The notes under the pieces are model-generated. The model was given only the letters and a program-made list of their open reading frames with translations. It did not search any database and was not told where the DNA came from. This document shows, piece by piece, positions 12,706 to 24,292 of a DNA stretch of 64,000 bases (its first letter is position 1; every line of letters starts with the position of its first letter). A program made the translations under genes and the position numbers. The DNA comes from Octopus sinensis. Lineage: Eukaryota. Location: positions 25,480,737 through 25,544,736 of the forward strand of contig NC_043022.1 of assembly GCF_006345805.1 (NCBI RefSeq), written 5' to 3'.

Positions 12706-13226
12706 ATTTGATCAATAAAACTAACTTCTACGAATTCTATAAGTCTTCAGTTTTGTGCGTCAGCTTCGGTTGGTGTTTTCCGTTGTAGACTCGATTCGAA
12801 CCAAAGATTTGGGGGGTGAAGCTGAGCAGATGGAAATAGTCTAGCGAAGAGCTCGTTGGATGTACTCTTCGTATAGTTTTGTGGCACGGTTTTAATAATC
12901 TCACTGTCTGCTTATTCACCCTTTGTAAGAATTTGAACCAGTATCGTCGGTCTCTTGTCTGAAGATAATTCGATCTCTTTGATCACATTAGGCCACAGCA
13001 CCGTGAGGATTCGTTAGCACAGGGAACAGTACGAGTTACTGCTATTTAGACGCTTGTGTTCATTTCTCACCGAGGTCATCTTCGCCTTTCATCTCCTTAA
13101 AATGCTCATCAAGTACCGGAGCTATGTTATTGATTAAACTCTTCCTTAAAATTTTTACTAATCGTAAACACTAACATCTGTTGTCAATTAGTGGTGGGGC
13201 CAAAGGCACACACACACAAACACACA

Positions 13227-13257
<31 letters not shown>

Positions 13258-13274
13258 TACATACATACATAGAG

Positions 13275-13668
13275 TTTATAGCCGGGTTCCAACCCGTGCC
13301 GCAGCAACAAAATCCACCTGTCACACTTCTCGGTTCATCATCACTGCCTCGAGGACCTGGATACATTCCAGGTCAGTGTTTACGATGAAATTGTCGATGT
13401 AAGCGTGACGACGTTTGTTGCTGCTTACATCACTATGAAGTGACTTCCACAAGACTCATTTGAATGCTTCCAGTTCAGCATGACGTGGGCAGTGACCAGA
13501 TAGTTGCAGCCGTCCTTGCTTGATCTTCTCGCTGCCTTATTGCATAATCCAGTACAATTGCAAACAGATATGTTGCAAGCATATCTCCCTGTAGCACTCC
13601 AGCTAGTATTTGAAAAAGTTTCGTTTCTCCGTTATAAGACAACACAGAAGCTGTGGTCTTCTCGTATG
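13275..13668 (-). mobile_element. RTE-clade LINE 3' segment with internal deletion
   Basis: Minus strand: AYEKTTASVLSYNGETKLFQILAGVLQGDMLATYLFAIVLDYAIRQ, joined to KIKQGRLQLSGHCPRH...YIDNFIVNTDLECIQVLEAVMMNREV*QVDFVAAARVGTRL*. Confidence 0.85.
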
Positions 13669-14081
13669 CTCTTTTACTCTTTTACTCGTTTCAGTCATTT
13701 TGACTGCGCCAATGCTGGAGCACCGCCTTTAATCGAGCAACTCGACCCCGGGACTTATTCTTTTGTAAGCCCAGTACTTATTCTATCGGTCTCTTTTGCC
13801 AAACCTCTAAGTAAGGGGGACATAAACACACCAACATCGATTGTCAAGCAATGCTAGGGGGACAAACACAGACACACAAACACACACACGCATATATATA
13901 TGTATATATATACATATATACGACTGGCTTCATTCAGTTTCCGTCTACCAAATCCACTCACAAGGCTTTGGTCGGCCCGAGGATATAGTAGAAGACACTT
14001 GCCCAAGGTGCCATGCAGTGGTACTGAACCCTGAACCATGTGGTTGGTAAACAAGCTACTTACCACACAGCCACTCCTGCG
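13669..14081 (-). mobile_element. SINE B, full length
   Basis: Reverse complement of the B consensus seen at 9820-10240. Confidence 0.9.
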
Positions 14082-14109
14082 TATGTCTCTGAAAGGACAA
14101 AAACTAACT

Positions 14110-14228
14110 AGTTTTGGAATACCATATGCGAGAAGGTGGCTTCGATTTGGAAGAACTTCGGAGTAACAAGAATAGACTGAAAGAGAGAAAAGTTGCTGGC
14201 CCTCATGAAATTCTCCTTGAAGTTATCA
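14110..14228 (+). mobile_element. RTE reverse transcriptase N-terminal fragment
   Basis: FDLEELRSNKNRLKERKVAGPHEILLEVIK resembles the K.GKAAGPD.IP.E motif. Confidence 0.7.
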
Positions 14229-14236
14229 AGCGGTGC

Positions 14237-14301
14237 TGGCGCAATGGATAACGCATCTGACAACGATCAGAAGATTCCAGCTTCGAATCCTGGCAAGCTC
14301 G
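14237..14301 (+). pseudogene. tRNA-Arg(ACG) pseudogene
   Basis: tggcgcaatggataacgcatctgacaacgatcagaagattccagcttcgaatcctggcaagctcg versus the eukaryotic Arg-ACG body TGGCGCAATGGATAACGCGTCTGACTACGGATCAGAAGATTCCAGGTTCGA.TCCTGGC. Anticodon loop is damaged and the 5' acceptor strand does not pair. Confidence 0.85.
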
Positions 14302-14317
14302 TATTTATTTCATTTAG

Positions 14318-14730
14318 GCATTGGAGTGGCTGTGTGGTAAGTAGCTTGCTTACCAACCACATGGTTCCGAGTTCATTCCCCTTGCGTGGCACCTTGGGCA
14401 AGTGTCTTCTACTATAGCCTCGGGTCGACAAAAGCCTTGTGAGTGGATTTGGTAGACGGAAACTGAAAGAAGCCCGTCGTATATATTTATATATATATAA
14501 TATTTATGTGCGTGTATGTATTTGTGTGTCTGTATATGTCCCCCCAACATCGCTTGACAACCGATGGTGGTGTGTTTAGGCCCCCATAATTTAGCGGTTC
14601 GGCAAAGGAGACCGATAAAATAATTACTAGGCTTACAAAGAATTAGTCCTGGGGTCGATTTGCTCGACTAAAGGCGGTGCTCCAGCATGGCCACAGTCAC
14701 ATGACTGAAACAAGTAAAAGAGTAAAAGAG
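14318..14730 (+). mobile_element. SINE B, full length
   Basis: Matches the other B copies; inverted relative to 13669-14081. Confidence 0.9.
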
Positions 14731-14769
14731 AATAAGGAGAGAGTAGCCAAGAAAGCGCAGACTAGAGAT

Positions 14770-15060
14770 TGACTCCATCCATACCAATCACAAAGACAAG
14801 AAACCTCAGCAATGAAACTAACTACAGAGGAACTGCCCTGTCCAATATCTCACTCAAAGTCATCTACCAAATGATCTTCAACAGGATTCAACCGGTCCTT
14901 GATAGCCATCTGAGACCAAATCAAAATGGATTGAGACTATCAGATATTAACCCACAGGCGTGTTATAGGAGGAGTTAAATCAACACATTTTCCTGCCATT
15001 ATAACCTTCGTGGACTTCAGCAAAGCATTTGACAGCATCCATCGTTACAAAATGTTGAAT
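14770..15060 (+). mobile_element. RTE reverse transcriptase core fragment (frameshifted)
   Basis: IPITKTRNLSNETNYRGTALSNISLKVIYQMIFNRIQPVLDSHLRPNQNG / QILTHRRVIGGVKSTHFPAIITFVDFSKAFDSIHRYKMLN. Confidence 0.9.
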
Positions 15061-15081
15061 GTATGTGTATAATGTATTGTA

Positions 15082-15175
15082 AAGGCGCATGGCTCAGTGG
15101 TTAAGATGTTGCACTGATGATTGCGGGATTGTGTGTGCGATTCCCAGACCGGAAATCTCACACGTTGTTGTGTGA
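15082..15175 (+). mobile_element. Degenerate tRNA-derived SINE head (D-like)
   Basis: aaggcgcatggctcagtggttaag...gattcccagaccgg. Confidence 0.6.
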
Positions 15176-15239
15176 TCATTTTGTCATCTGACATGTGGGA
15201 CCCAGTTGCACCTGCACTGGTAATGTCTGACAGGAAGAA

Positions 15240-15393
15240 TATGTTGAATAAAATCATAATTAACTGATCCGCTTGTATTTTGTTTTACCCAGATCCAGGA
15301 ACCTTTCAGCGCCCCACCCCATATATATATATATATATATATATGGGGTGGGGTGGGGCGCTGAAAGGTTCCTGGATGTGGGTAAAACAAAAT
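15240..15393. mobile_element. Mariner-MITE-like terminus folded back across (TA)n
   Basis: Arms 15277-15320 and about 15349-15393 (ttttgttttaccca.atccaggaacctttcagcgccccacccc) around a (TA)12 spacer. The transposon-end identity is inferred. Confidence 0.6.
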
Positions 15394-15632
15394 TTAAGTA
15401 AGGGAGAGTGTATTTAATTAGGTGAAAGTTCTTTTTACCGGTTGCGCATTTGTTATGCTTATCAAAAGATATTTTTTTAAGAGAGATAGAGTTCCTTTCT
15501 GATAGATTGAGAAAAAATCTATCAGAAGGAACTCTATCTCTCTTAAAAAAATATCTTTTGATAAGCATAAAAAATGTGCAACCGGTAAAAAGAACTTTCA
15601 CCTAATTAAATACACTCTCCCTTACTTAAATT
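15391..15632. mobile_element. 242-bp near-perfect palindrome, probable foldback MITE
   Basis: Arms about 118 bp with 2 substitutions and 1 indel, loop gagaaaa (15509-15515), TTAA at 15394-15397 and 15626-15629. Confidence 0.75.
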
Positions 15633-15698
15633 ATTTTGTCAGCATTTTCTTCATTTCCTTTTTTTATATTTCACAACTCGTGTTCCACATCTCCTTTT

Positions 15699-15743
<45 letters not shown>

Positions 15744-15866
15744 ATATATATTAATGTATCTGTGTTTGTATATGAATAAATCTATGACGGGCTTCCATAC
15801 AATTTTCCTCTACCAAATTCACTCACAACGGATTGGCTGACGCAGGGCTGTTGTAGAAGACGCCTG

Positions 15867-16288
15867 GGATCTTTTCGGTTTGACCGGCAGTTTTTTAAAA
15901 TAATTTCCACGTAACTAAACACTTTTAAACTTCGTATACTGGTGAATGTGTTTATAAAACATCTTTTTCTCTTGGCTTTACTGAGAAAATTTTATAGTTT
16001 GTAAGATATTTGTTGTTATTTATCTTCATTTTGTGCAATTTCAACCAATCAATGACGTCTATTGAGGTGAAAACATTCTGTGCCGTATGAATGTGTCCCT
16101 CGTTTAAGAAACAGATTGGGTTTATTTACATTTGTGAAGAAAAAAAGATACCCTTCCCCATAGCCCTAACCCTAACCCTAGCCCTAAAACATATTGAAAT
16201 GCAATAGATCGATACTAGGGTCATAATTGTGGGTGACAATTTCATATGACACCGCTAGAAAAAACTGCCGTTCAAACCGAAAGGATCC
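15867..16288 (+). mobile_element. Non-autonomous DNA transposon (Merlin-like), 8-bp TSD
   Basis: About 28-bp TIRs GGATC(t/c)TTTCGGTTTGA.CGGCAGTTTTT; TSD gacgcctg (15859-15866, 16289-16296); internal ccctaa repeats; sits in an old minus-strand B-like SINE. Confidence 0.85.
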
Positions 16289-16839
16289 GACGCCTGGCTT
16301 GTGCGACTACAAAGCGAACCACTTAACCACTCTGCCATGCTTGCGTCGCATTGATAAGTTTTTAATAATGCCGTGTCTGCTTTTTTTTTTTATTTTGATA
16401 ATAATGAACTCTAGAAAGGTTTGGGCGATATTAAATTTTGATCAAAAATACGTGAGATTTGGTGCGTGCTTCTGGTTAAACGTTCGGAGGCGTACTTCGA
16501 AGTACACCGGCTTGCAGAGTACACAGTGATTTCAGCTATAAATCAATCCAGGGAAGGTAATCGTTCTTTTGGTTAAATAACGTGGAAATGCACAGGTGAT
16601 CCATTCACCTTTCAACGCACCCACGCGCACGCATGCGCGCGCGTACACATATAAACGTGTTGTGTGTGTGTGTGTGTATGTGTATTTCTGTACATGTGAG
16701 TAAAAACAAAATGGAGGTGAATAAAAGCAACACTAAAACGAAAATAAATAATTATATAATATAAAAGCCAAGCAATGTTCTTCAATATATTTTCGCTGCG
16801 TAAAGAACAATACAGGGTAGGACTTAGAGTCCTGTGTCA

Positions 16840-17064
16840 TATCTATATGTATGTACACACACAGCGACACAGACACACACACGTATATATATATATATAT
16901 AACACAGATACACACACACACATTTATATATTCACATACATGCACACGTATGTATATATGCATATGTACATATATTTTCCCTACCTACATGTGTACGAAT
17001 ACACATGCACACACACGTATGTATGCATGCATGTACATATACATATATATCCATATATATATTC

Positions 17065-17098
<34 letters not shown>

Positions 17099-17154
17099 AT
17101 ATATATATTTATTTATATATATATATAATTATATATTTATATATATCTATATAA

Positions 17155-17186
<32 letters not shown>

Positions 17187-18220
17187 TATTTATATATATA
17201 TATATATATATTTATTTATATATATATATATTCATTTTTATTATATATATATATATATATTTATTATATATATATATTCATATATATATTCATATATATA
17301 TTCATATATATATTCATATATAATCCTATATATAGATTATTTCATATATATATATTTATATAGTATATTCATATATATTATATATATAATATATTCATAT
17401 ATATATTCACATATATATATATATATTCATATATATATTCACATATATATATATATATTCATATATTCATATATATATTCCACATATATCATATATATTC
17501 ATATATATATATATTCATTATATATATATATATATATATATATAGATATATATATATATATATATATATTCACATATATATATATATATAATATATATAT
17601 TCACATATATATATATTCACGTATATATATATATTCGTATATATATATATATTCACATATATATATATATTCACGTATATATATATATTCACATATATAT
17701 ATATATTCACGTATATATATATATATTCACGTATATATTATATATATATCACGTATATATATATATATTCAGTATATATAGTATATATTCGTAATATATA
17801 TATTCGTATATTATATATATATTATATATATATATATATCACGTATATATATATATTCATATATATATATATATATTTCACCTATATATATATATTCACA
17901 TATATATATATTCACGTATATATATATATATTCACGTATATATATATATATTCACGTATATATATATATATTCACGTATATATATATATATTCACGTATA
18001 TATATATATAATTCACGTATATATATATATATCACGTATATATATATATATTCACGTATATATATATATTCACATATATATATATATTCACATATATAGA
18101 TATATTCACATATTATATATATTCACATATATATATATATTCACACACACATATATATATATATTCACATATATATATATTCACATATATATATATATAT
18201 CCATATAATATAATATATAT

Positions 18221-18275
<55 letters not shown>
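16840..18275. repeat. Long TA-rich tract with an (AT)n-TCAC(G/A)T minisatellite
   Basis: tatatatattcacgta units at about 17400-18200. Confidence 0.92.
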
Positions 18276-18427
18276 CACACAAACAGAAAAGCTCTCTATG
18301 CAATGATACATCCACAAGGTTAGATTTCTACGTGTTTTATATTGTTTGTGAATTCGTTTATTTGATTCTGTATAGGATTAAGTTTATTCTAACCGATTCT
18401 TCTACCTGCCACTTGATATATATATAT

Positions 18428-18459
<32 letters not shown>

Positions 18460-18583
18460 CCTCATACACACACTATATGCTGATAGATATGTAGTTCTGT
18501 AAATATATATATATATATATATAATTTCATTTTAATTTACTTTATTGGTATTTTTTTTTACGTTTTTACTCTAACATCTTCAC

Positions 18584-18683
18584 CGTGTTTGAATTTGTTG
18601 TCAGATTGTGTTTTCCATCTGATCGATAATCTATCGGGTTGAGTGTATGATAGCTGAAAGCCACGGGTCGTGAACGCAATCGA
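18584..18683 (-). other. Candidate internal exon (unverified)
   Basis: Pyrimidine-rich acceptor ttttctatttgccttag, 100 nt open in two frames, weak donor GTGAAG; no recognisable protein. Confidence 0.15.
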
Positions 18684-19919
18684 CTAAGGCAAATAGAAAA
18701 CTCAATATCATTGCAATTTGTGCGCATGCATTTATATATATATAGCAAACGTATATGTGTGAGTGAATGGAGTGTTTGTATGCGTAATGTATAGAGCACA
18801 CTCCTAAAATCGCACGCACGCACACGAACACCTACACACACAGAGTATTATATATATATATATATATATAGAGATATATATATGTGTGTATCATGTATAT
18901 ATGTATTTACATGCACATGTTGACATGTTGACTTTTTTCCATATGATATTCTTTCGTATTCCATCTTCGACGTCTTCATCCTCTTCACCGATTCTTATGT
19001 AAATATTCTCCCCCACCTCTATCTCTTTCTCTCTCTCTCTATCTATCTATCTATATATATATATATGACTAAATGCGTTTACTTACACACACGTGTACAC
19101 TCATGTGTGTGCGTGTGTGTTGGTACAGGAGATGAAACTAATATTAAATTTATCAGCATGAGATATCAACTTGAGAAATGTTATCACTGCAATGGCATCA
19201 AATAGCTTTATTGCATCAAGAAGATTTATTATATATACATATATACGTGCACATAATACCTACCTACATATATATATATATATATTTATACCTGTATATG
19301 TAAATATATATATATATATATATATATACTCACTAATTTTTTTTTTTTGGTAGCTTTAATAATAAAGCATATTACTCTATCTCCGGTATTCGAGTACTAT
19401 TTTTGCAACCTTGTTTCACATTTATGTGCTTACTCTAGTACTCACACACTCGTGTGTGTGCGTGTGTGTGATACACATTTGCAGATGATGCTTTCTGAAA
19501 CAACTCTGAGTTTCCCGGTGTCGAATATTAAATCGTTTGAATGATCAGAACCGTGAAATTTTCGAGCTACGATGTGGAATGCTTCAACAGTTTCTAATTA
19601 TATACACTTTTTGCTGCAAAAATCTTATTCTTAGTGCTTCAACAGTGGCATGAGCTATCCATTAGCCACGGTAGCAGGTTGCAAAATACCATCAAGCTAA
19701 AAAGGCATTATCCATATGCTGATAATGTCTCACAGGATGGGCACAGAATTTGAAAGGCAGCTAAACTGGAGAATGGAGAGGCATCATAGAAAAAGCTGAA
19801 ACAATGTGTATTATTTGGACAGCTCTAGATCGGGCACAACGAAACTAGAAGCTATTAAGTATAGCTCAGGTATGCATAAATCACAAGAAAGTCCTTTAAG
19901 TGTGCAAGTTATTCTATTA

Positions 19920-20160
19920 GTTTCTTCAACCGAACTGCTAAGTTATATAGAGACATAGGTAAACCAACACTAGTTGCCAAATGGTGTAGGTAGACAAACA
20001 CAAACATCCACACACAAAGGTATATATGCGACGTGCTTCTTTCTGCTTCTGAAAACCAAATCCACTCTCAAGGTTTTGGTCAGCCTGTAGCTATAATACA
20101 AGATACCTGCCCAAGGTGCCACGCAGTAGGACTGAACCCACAACTATTACAGCCATGTCT
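19920..20160 (-). mobile_element. Degenerate SINE B
   Basis: cccaaggtgccacgcagtaggactgaaccc; ccaaatccactctcaagg. Confidence 0.75.
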
Positions 20161-20241
20161 CGTAAATTTAATATTTGTTTCATTTGAAATGTGACCACTC
20201 TTGGTTCAGAAAAAAACATTTGAAATTGCTTTGGGTATCAG

Positions 20242-20332
20242 GAAAAGGTTCTAGCAGGCATTACTCGTTTATCGGGGCCTCGACTTGTTCCGAATCCTTA
20301 CAACAGAGTAGATTCCACTGAAGATTTCCCAG
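20242..20332 (+). other. Candidate internal exon (unverified)
   Basis: tatcag| EKVLAGITRLSGPRLVPNPYNRVDSTEDFP, then strong donor CAG|GTGAGT; acceptor is mediocre. Confidence 0.22.
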
Positions 20333-20749
20333 GTGAGTTGGATATAATATAAACCGGATGACAGCTTAGGTGAAACATCTTAGAACAAGGGTTGATATTT
20401 TAAACTGGTTTCCACGCAGATTCAGTCTTCAACACTTCGCTCCAAGTCTTTGTTGTTGAAAACACACTGTAAATGTGATGTGTTAAAAGAGACTTGTTAC
20501 AAGGTGATACGCAATGGGATCGAACCTGACCCACGATTACTTGCGAACCGAAATGGCGGTCATGTTGAGGATGAGGTGGGAGATTAAGGGAGGAGAGGAA
20601 TGGGATGGTTGGTAGGAGGAGGGTGGAACAGGAAAATTATCATCATGAAGATGATGATGATGAAAATGATGTTGATGAAGATAATAAGGAAGAGAGGAGG
20701 AGTGGGGTGAATTAAGATCATGAAGATGATGAGGATAATGGACACAACG

Positions 20750-21100
20750 ATGCTGTTTTACTTGTTTCAGTCATTAGACTGCGGTCAAGCTGGGGCACCG
20801 CCCTGAAGAACGTCTAGTCGGATGAATCGAATCTAGTACTCTATTGTCTTAAACCTGATGCTTATTCTATTTGGCCAAACCGCTAAGATACGGGGATGTA
20901 AACACACCAACACCGATCACCAAACATGGTGAGATACACACACACACACATATATATTTCTTTACTATCCACAAGGGGCTAAACACAGAGGGGACAAACA
21001 ACGACAGTCAAAGGGATTAAGTCGATTACATCGACCCCAGTGCGTAACTAGTACTTAATTTATCGACCCCGAAAGGATGAAAGGCAAAGTCGACCTCGGG
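20750..21100 (-). mobile_element. SINE B 3' part (20750-20945) plus 5'-truncated SINE A (20955-21100)
   Basis: Reverse-complement matches to both families. Confidence 0.8.
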
Positions 21101-21417
21101 CCGTGTAAAAGTGAGACAAAGAAACGAAGACAGGATTGTGTGCGACATAGAAAGTCTGGAAGTATAACTTAAGATTTCGACTCTAAATTCAATTGAGACG
21201 TCTAGATATCAAAACAGATCGATAATTGGGGATGCTGGCTTAGTTTAGCCAAGTGATTCCTTGTCGTTAGCCATAATGTCACTACTTGGAGTAGACAAGA
21301 AACATTCACGACTTTTATCTACCAATTAACGATTTAATAGATTCGTTCCATACTTCACTTAACGCTTAGATTCACAAAACAATTTTATTTTCTTCGTCTC
21401 AGCTTTTTGTCTTAACT

Positions 21418-21481
<64 letters not shown>

Positions 21482-21993
21482 ATCTCTCTCTCTCTCTCTC
21501 TCGCTCCTAAAAACCACAGTCGGCTAATTTGTCTGAGATCCTTAAACTTAAGTGGTTCAATGTTTTATTCTTAATGAGGTTGGACATCATAATACACAGC
21601 CACTCCCCGCGCGCGTACACACACACACATATACATACATTTTATATATATACATACATACATACATACATATATACGTACGTAGGAAGACATCAAGCTA
21701 TGTATGTATATAATTCACACACACATGTATATGATGCATACATACATACATACATACATATATATATAAATATAAATGCATGTGTATATTAGTCGGTTTT
21801 TGTGAGGGTATGTGTGTTGCATGGATGCCCGACTCTTTATGGACTACAAGCAGCTATAAATAAGTAGGCGATTCTAATCTCTCTGTCCAGAGTTGATGGA
21901 TATTTTTCTCTGATAATCGATAAGTTTTCAACCCACGGAATCATAAACCTGTAATGTAATTCATATATACGTTTAATTTCAAACTATCACCTC

Positions 21994-22044
<51 letters not shown>

Positions 22045-22470
22045 GGTGCTTATATAGAGTTTGACCGTTTGACCACCTCCTGTACCTACACCTTAGCACC
22101 ATCATGGCATGTGATGTGGCTTTTTGAACCAGACAATGTTCTGAAAAGACACCCACATAGATTGCACCTCTGATTTGCACTACCAATACCTGTAGATAAG
22201 CTCTGCTCTTTGTGGATCTTAAAATGTTTCTTGAGGCCTCCGTAGGATTTGCAAACCTTCTGGCATACACTGCATTCAAAGGTATGCACAGCTATATAGG
22301 CAGAATAGTTGGTGGAGTTTCGTTTTCCCTCTGTCGCAGACTGTGTACGCAAAAAGGTCATTGTCATTCACTTTCTCGATCGTTACATTCTTCATTAGAT
22401 CCCTTTAGAATCTTACTTGCATTATCTTGGCCTCTTCAAATTCTTTCACTGCACTCCACACCCGTCTATA
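22045..22470 (-). mobile_element. RTE-like LINE 3' end encoding two C2H2 zinc fingers
   Basis: WSAVKEFEEAKIMQVRF*RDLMKN...CSVCQKVCKSYGGLKKHFKIH...CNLCGCLFRTLSGSKSHITCH*; both are C-x2-C-x12-H-x3-H; stop and frameshift upstream; ends in (TA)n. Confidence 0.7.
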
Positions 22471-22568
22471 CTCCAAATATATATATATATATATATAATA
22501 TATATATATATATAATATATATATGTGTGTTTTTGTATATATATGTATATATATGTATATATATATAT

Positions 22569-22782
22569 CTGTAAAATAATATGTGACAATTATTCAATAG
22601 CCAAGATAAAACTCTGAGTTTTGGATGCCGAGGTGGAAATCCACGACACCATCTCTTCGGTTATCTGGCCATCTCTTTATCTTGGCTATTGAATAATTGT
22701 CATATTATTTTACAGATAAATTTCCTCTATTTACATAATATTGAGATCTCTTTCTTTCTTTTGTTATCTTACCGTTTTTACC

Positions 22783-22790
<8 letters not shown>
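22569..22790. mobile_element. Penelope-like fragment with about 40-bp inverted duplication and a decayed hammerhead
   Basis: Arms 22569-22610 and 22676-22715. Minus strand 22605-22665 reads gataa-CCGAAGA-gatg...catc-CAAAAC-tcaga-GTT-ttatc. Confidence 0.55.
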
Positions 22791-22829
<39 letters not shown>

Positions 22830-23029
22830 TTTGTTATTATATGATCGAACGCCACGCATCAACTTCCAAGTAAGTTTTATCTTAATAATTATGATGCGCA
22901 CTCTTAGCTCTTAACTTTACTTTTCCTCCCTACATTTCCTCCCTGCCTGTCTCTCTCCCTCTCTTGTTCTTCATCATCCTTTCTGGTTTTCTCTCCCACC
23001 CTTCCTTATTCTTCTCCTCTCCCTTTCAA

Positions 23030-23400
23030 GGAATTCGATCAAGAGTGATCAAGACTTTTAGTGGAATCACCACTATAATCATTAAAACGTATCCAGTTGA
23101 TCTCGGTGGAATTTGAACTGAGAACATAAAGAGTCAGAAGATATACTGCTGACCACTTTGCCCAACAGGCTTACGACTTTGGCGGAACGCCGCCTTAATA
23201 ATGATTTCACATTTTGGCCCAAGGCCAACATTATCGGGTGAAGGGTATAAGTCGATTACATCAACCTCACTACTAAGTTTGTATTTATTTTATTGACCCC
23301 GAAAGGATGAAATGCATTGCCGACCTCGGCGGAATTTGAACTCAGGGAAATGGTTAGTCGATACAATCAACCTTAGTACTTCATTGGTACTTTATTTTCT
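23030..23400 (-). mobile_element. Degenerate SINE A2 fragments
   Basis: ttgaccccgaaaggatgaaatgc...gacctcggcggaatttgaactcag. Confidence 0.75.
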
Positions 23401-24259
23401 CGAATGTAGAAGACTGAAAGACAAACATGTCATCGGTAAAGTTTGTGCTGAGAATGTAAAGCGGTTCTACCAAGAAGTGAAAAGAAAAAGAGATCACGGG
23501 TGATTATGATGAATTTTAAGCGGAAGAAGTAGAAGAATACAGTTGTTTACAAATTGATGTCGAAAAAATTAAAAGTTAAAGCGTATATATAAAAACATTA
23601 ATGAAAGGAAAGGGAGTACAGTTGAACCTCTAAATACACATTACGATTGTATGTACGTACGTACGTGTGCATATGTGTTTGTGTGCGTGTTTGTATGTAT
23701 AGACATACACGGAAGGCTATAAATTAAACGGAGAAATCTAATGATAATTTAATGTAATAGCTGTCGTGTTAAAAAATTTACTCACATACACACACTCGTA
23801 GACAAAGAGAGGCATGACAGTAATAGCAACAACAGCAACAGCAAAAATCGTTAGATTCAACTGGCCGTGCTAAATAGAAGTGTAATGGCGCTGGTGGTGT
23901 CGGTGCCGGTATAAACGAGGGGGGGGAGGCGTTTACTGAGAGGCGCATGTGGACGGGGTTTGGGGTGGGGTTAGGTGATAACCTAATGGTTCTTAAGTAA
24001 ATAAGTTTGTCGCACAGCCCTTCGCACATCCGGGTGAATTAGATCATTTACCCAAATCGTGAGATGCTGAGATCTAGCCTGGAGGAAGGAAGGAGGAAAG
24101 TCATGCATCATCATCACCCACCATCAAACTGATAATAACAACAATAAACAAAGCTAAAGTAAATTATAAAATAGAAACAGAATGTGAAAGTGAAAGTAGG
24201 CCGAAGAAAAATACTAAACATGCGTATAAATATATGCAGATATTTTAAAGATATGTATG

Positions 24260-24292
<33 letters not shown>

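Noticed and set aside
12788-12845. IRTKDLGG resembling an isocitrate dehydrogenase C-terminal motif
   Set aside because: An eight-residue match followed by a stop, with no other IDH exons; consistent with chance.
13282-13371. Attractive 90-nt symmetric exon (GFQPVPQQQNPPVTLLGSSSLPRGPGYIP) with CAG|GTCAGT donor
   Set aside because: It is the antisense of an RTE C-terminus (YIDNF...AVMMNREV). Exonisation is possible but unsupported.
16170-16200. Telomere or chromosome-fusion scar (CCCTAA repeats)
   Set aside because: Only about four units, internal to a MITE that has a second copy at 46375-46786.
22086-22367. Host C2H2 zinc-finger gene
   Set aside because: No TGEKP linkers, stop and frameshift upstream, RTE-like flanking peptide and retroposon-like tail; treated as TE-derived.
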